From NCBI GenBank assembly GCA_016187485.1, contig JACPJO010000002.1:27912-91911 (forward strand): 64,000 bases of DNA. Direction: 5' to 3'. Below, piece by piece: positions 57,596 to 64,000 of the stretch. The notes beneath the pieces were generated by a model. The model was given only the letters and a program-made list of their open reading frames with translations, searched no databases and was not told the DNA's origin. The DNA comes from Candidatus Uhrbacteria bacterium. GTDB taxonomy: Bacteria > Patescibacteriota > Patescibacteriia > UBA9934 > UBA10169. Numbering within the stretch: position 1 is the stretch's first letter; each line of letters opens with the position of its first letter. The position numbers were made by a program, and so were the translations under genes.

Positions 57596-57671
57596 GGTGG
57601 GCGGCACAAGAGTCGAACTTGTGACCTTCACAATGTCAATGTGACGCTCTAACCAACTGAGCTAGCCGCCC
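57595..57671 (-). tRNA. tRNA-Val(GAC)
   Basis: GGGCGGC/GCCGCCC-ACCA, anticodon loop TTGACAT. Confidence 0.96.
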
Positions 57672-57789
57672 CTTTATATTTTTCAAACGAACGCGCCGAT
57701 CGTACCAGCACGATTGACGATTGTAAAGATTTCCCCTAAAGTCGCAAAACCGGCCTTTCACAACTACTTCGGTCCTTGCGACCGAACAG

Positions 57790-60225
<2,436 letters not shown>

Positions 60226-60254
60226 CTCGCATCTGCGTGATCGTTCTTCTCTAC

Positions 60255-60734
60255 TCAACCGGCTTCCCCGGTTGTTTCGTTTTCTATCTCAATAATGGTC
60301 ACGGGAACATCATTCCAGTTGAATTGGGCTTTGAATGTTGCGTTTTCGTTACCCCCCACCCACACACGCCAATTCATAGTCGGAAGCAATCTGGCACATT
60401 CATCTGATTTCCCTGGCGTTGTATCGAAGAAAAGGAGGATTTCATTCTTATCTTCACTTACTTTTGATGTCACATGTCGATCAATGCACGTGCCATCGAT
60501 AGGGATAGAACCTTCCAGATAATGTTGCTTCTTATCAGCTTGCCACAAATGCTTCAATATAATCTCACTTGGGTGGTACAACGACTGGTAGTTCTCTGGG
60601 GCCGGGGGAGGGAAGGGGGCCTTTTGGGCTGGTTTCGGTTCGGGCTTCCAGATAGTGAAGTTGAATATGATGATCAAAACAGCAAGACAAATAAGGATGA
60701 GGCGGAAAATTACTTGGGGCGTTGGTCGTGTCAT
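60255..60734 (-). CDS. Membrane-anchored hypothetical protein
   Basis: N-terminal TM, Pro-rich linker, two Cys; ATG 9 nt after TACACT. Confidence 0.7.
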   Translation of the reverse strand: MTRPTPQVIFRLILICLAVLIIIFNFTIWKPEPKPAQKAPFPPPAPENYQSLYHPSEIILKHLWQADKKQHYLEGSIPIDGTCIDRHVTSKVSEDKNEILLFFDTTPGKSDECARLLPTMNWRVWVGGNENATFKAQFNWNDVPVTIIEIENETTGEAG

Positions 60735-60993
60735 ATTGAGAAAGAGTGTATTACAGGAAGACACATGTGGCAAAACAAAAACCTGTTTTCCACAGATTTC
60801 CACAGTCGAAACTCACGTGTTTTTTAGGGTCGTGCTATACTCCCTCCATACAACATAGGTACCTATGCATCTAACGAATGCAGTCTATTCAGTGTATTTT
60901 ACGTCGTAAGTCGATACGGCGGCCTTTTGTTAAGTAATTTTAAAATCGAAGTCGCTCATATACGCGTATAGCGAGTTCGAGAACATGTGAATT

Positions 60994-63900
60994 ATGAGTC
61001 AATACGTTAAATCAGTACTTTACGGGAAGGGAGGATGGCTGGCGCTTACGACGGTTACGGCCGTCGTGCTTGCCGCCACGGTGTCCCTTGTGACCCAGAC
61101 GACGCTGTTTTCAAGAGCGGCGATCTCTGGCCTCACGGTGGATCCGCTTATTACGACAGCGAACCGCGGTATCGTGGCAAGTTCACTGCAAGTTCCGGTG
61201 GTCGGGATTGATGTAGTTGGAAGCGCGGGAGAGTCTATTGATTACGTAGATGTCTCTGTTGATGATGCAGGCGGTGGCGAGTTTACCTACGCTACTGATC
61301 TTGCTGCTCTGGCTTCTGGTGTGAATGAGGCCTCAGGTGTTGCGCTCTATGTTGACGACGGAAGCTCATCTGGCCAGTTTGATTCCACAGATAGCATTGT
61401 GAGTTCATCTGCACTGGAAGACAACGGCGCTGGTGAAGTGCGTGTAAACGTCACCGCATCGCTCCCCGCGAATGACACGGGGGCAAACAGCGGCGATGAC
61501 TTTTATATTGTCATTCGATCTGGTGCCGATGACGCTGACACGGATGCCGGGGATGACTTTGATGTCAAAGTAGACAACGGTGACCTCGTGTTTAGCGACG
61601 CAAGCACGAATGGTGCAGAGGTTGCAGACACAACGAACCTTATCTTTGACCCGACGGCTCCGACTGTCTCAAGCCGAACGACTGTTGATGCCGATGATGA
61701 TGGATTTATCGATGCGGTGGATGTCGTGTTTACAGATGCGCAGTCGAGCGGGTTGAATGATGATTTCTCCGGTTTGACGATTGACGTTGCTGGTTACTCC
61801 GGCGAGTCAGTCGGGACGGGGAGTACGTCGGGTGACCTTACTATTCGTGTAACAGTGACAGAGCAAACATCCCCAAACTTCGATACGGATGCGATCCCGA
61901 CTGTACAAGTGACGGCAAACACGACACTTTCAGATCTCACTGTTGGCCGCGTCCGTGAAACGACATCAAGTAGCATTACTACATCAAACGGAAACTTACA
62001 CGCGACAGGCGCCGCAGTAGCTTCAACAGATGGGGCTGCGCCTGCCATTGTGGGTGTCGCGACAGATGATACGGATGGCAACGGCACGGTGGATCGGGTG
62101 ACGCTAACATTCTCCGAGCCCATTGATACCGTTGACTCTGGTGGTGCTGTAGACGGGTTTAATGCGTTGGAGGGTCTGGAAAATAGTTGTGCGATTGCCA
62201 ACCAAGATCTTAGCGCTAGCGACGATACAGAGTCCATGGATATTACAGTGTCTAGCTGTACTGCGGGCGATACAGCCATCACCACAACGATTAACTATGA
62301 ACAGGATGGCGCTTCGACGATCTTTGATAATGCTGCAAGTCCAATTGAAATGGAGGATGAAGAGACGACAACGAATGAACGTGATAACGCTCCGCCGGCC
62401 ATCCTTAGTTCAACCACGGACGATACGGATGGCGATGGTACCGTAAATCGCGTCACGCTCGCCTTCTCCGAGACCGTTGATATTGCTGATGGGAACGCGG
62501 GAGACGGCTTTAATGGTCTTGAGGGACTCGAGAATAGCTGTACGATTGCCAACCAAGACTTGGCTTCCAACAGTGTATCCTCCATCGCCATTACCGTTTC
62601 CGGCTGTACAGCTAGCGATACCTCTATTACCACAACGATCAATTACGAACAGGATGGTACGAACACTATTCTTGATGAGTCTGCGTCTGCAAACGAGATG
62701 GATGATGAGGAAGCATCTGGTTCAGAGGTTGACGGTGCCCCGCCTGCGATTCTTTCTATCACGACCGATGACACCTCCGGAGACGGTACAGTGGATCAAC
62801 TGACCGTGGCCTACTCGGAACAGGTGGATATTGTGGACACCAACGCTGGTGCAGACGGTTTCCCTGGTTTTGACGGCGTTACGGACTCCTGTGCCATCAG
62901 CAACCAAGATGAAACGGCAAGCAATGTTACGTCTTCAGTACTTACGGTAGGAAGCTGTACGGCGAGCGATACGTCCATATTAGTAGAACTTTCGTACAAC
63001 TCCGGCGACGCCAACACAAGCATTATTGATAATGCCTCCGTTGAGATGGATGATAACGAAACGGTAGCGACCGGTACCGATGGTGCTCCCCCAGCCATTC
63101 TTTCCATCACCACAGATGACACCTCCGGAGACGGTACAGTGGATCAACTTACCGTGGCCTACTCCGAACAAGTTGATATTGTGGATACAGGAACAGGCAC
63201 AGACGGCTTTGGCGGCTTCGATGGCCTCACGGACTCCTGTGCCATCAGCAACCAAGATGAGACGGCGAGTAATACGACATCTTCGGTTCTCACTGTTGCA
63301 AGCTGTACGGCGAGCGACACGTCCATCCTCGTAGAGCTTGCCTACAATGCAGGCGATGCAACAACAAGCATTATCGACAATGCTTCCGTGCAGATGGATG
63401 ATGATGAGACGATCGCTACAGGTATTGATGGGGCTCCGCCGGCGATTCTCTCGTCGACCTCTGATGACACGAATGGGAACGGCAACGTGGACCAGATTAT
63501 TCTGGTGTACTCCGAGCAAGTAGACATCACAGATGGTGCCGCCGGGGATGCGTTTCCAGGTGTCACGTTCTCGGACAGCTGTGTTGCGGCCAATGCAGAT
63601 TATGCGGCAAATAACGCCACAAGCAGCACGATTACTGTTTCCAGCTGTACATCAAACGACACATCTATCACGGTTGATCCCACCTATGCGGCCGCCTCTG
63701 GGCAGATCCAAGACAACGCAGCAACTCCGGTGGAGATGGACAACGGAGAGACAGTGACAGGTATAGATAACGCTCCGCCCGCCTTTATCTCGTCGACCTC
63801 CGATGACACGGATGGAAACGGCAACGTGGACCAGATCACCATCGTTTACTCCGAAGCTGTAGACATCACGGATGGTTCTGGTGCCGATGCTTTCCCAGGC

Positions 63901-64000
63901 GTGACGTTCTCGGACAGCTGTGTGGCGGCTAATGCGGACTATGCGGCGAACAATGCCACAAGTTCGACAATCACTGTTGCAAGCTGTACCTCAAATGATA
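60994..64000 (+). CDS. Giant acidic surface protein with tandem 113-118-aa Ig-like repeats (partial, runs off right edge)
   Basis: Open frame from ATG 60994 (MSQYVKSVLYGKGGWLALTTVTAVVLAA...); repeats D(G/N)APPAI..T.DT.G.G.VD......SE start at 62029, 62383, 62731, 63079, 63427, 63766. Confidence 0.9.
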   Translation, partial: MSQYVKSVLYGKGGWLALTTVTAVVLAATVSLVTQTTLFSRAAISGLTVDPLITTANRGIVASSLQVPVVGIDVVGSAGESIDYVDVSVDDAGGGEFTYATDLAALASGVNEASGVALYVDDGSSSGQFDSTDSIVSSSALEDNGAGEVRVNVTASLPANDTGANSGDDFYIVIRSGADDADTDAGDDFDVKVDNGDLVFSDASTNGAEVADTTNLIFDPTAPTVSSRTTVDADDDGFIDAVDVVFTDAQSSGLNDDFSGLTIDVAGYSGESVGTGSTSGDLTIRVTVTEQTSPNFDTDAIPTVQVTANTTLSDLTVGRVRETTSSSITTSNGNLHATGAAVASTDGAAPAIVGVATDDTDGNGTVDRVTLTFSEPIDTVDSGGAVDGFNALEGLENSCAIANQDLSASDDTESMDITVSSCTAGDTAITTTINYEQDGASTIFDNAASPIEMEDEETTTNERDNAPPAILSSTTDDTDGDGTVNRVTLAFSETVDIADGNAGDGFNGLEGLENSCTIANQDLASNSVSSIAITVSGCTASDTSITTTINYEQDGTNTILDESASANEMDDEEASGSEVDGAPPAILSITTDDTSGDGTVDQLTVAYSEQVDIVDTNAGADGFPGFDGVTDSCAISNQDETASNVTSSVLTVGSCTASDTSILVELSYNSGDANTSIIDNASVEMDDNETVATGTDGAPPAILSITTDDTSGDGTVDQLTVAYSEQVDIVDTGTGTDGFGGFDGLTDSCAISNQDETASNTTSSVLTVASCTASDTSILVELAYNAGDATTSIIDNASVQMDDDETIATGIDGAPPAILSSTSDDTNGNGNVDQIILVYSEQVDITDGAAGDAFPGVTFSDSCVAANADYAANNATSSTITVSSCTSNDTSITVDPTYAAASGQIQDNAATPVEMDNGETVTGIDNAPPAFISSTSDDTDGNGNVDQITIVYSEAVDITDGSGADAFPGVTFSDSCVAANADYAANNATSSTITVASCTSND

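Overview
Chromosomal window of a reduced-genome bacterium. It is most consistent with Patescibacteria/CPR (Parcubacteria-like); this is inferred from the intron-laden 23S gene, truncated H78 and 5S helices, tRNA-Ile(UAU), VirB2-like pilin, DUF4012 and PaaX/Cas2-like protein. Housekeeping content: ruvB, ruvA, ileS, trpS, rnj, uvrA, rplS, gmk, cca, secG, 8 tRNAs and RNase P RNA. A 23S-5S unit has its own promoter and no 16S gene. It carries three group I introns, two with LAGLIDADG endonucleases; one apparently ends in A instead of G and sits next to a 20-nt micro-exon. There is also a pentose-phosphate/PfkB sugar operon, a surface-glycan cluster, and several large surface proteins, including one that runs off the right end and is absent from the ORF track. 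Best candidates for something new: (1) a wHTH-PaaX/Cas2-like gene bracketed by two copies of a long palindrome and followed by 29-bp tandem repeats, near tRNA-Val; (2) an NrN-like DHH phosphoesterase coupled to a protein with a CCA-tail-like motif, with no CRISPR context; (3) the omega-A intron with a decoy P1; (4) an unannotated 26-aa Lys/Arg/Ala peptide with a perfect Shine-Dalgarno, in a window where many genes appear near-leaderless. All family assignments come from motif recognition by eye; no searches were run.
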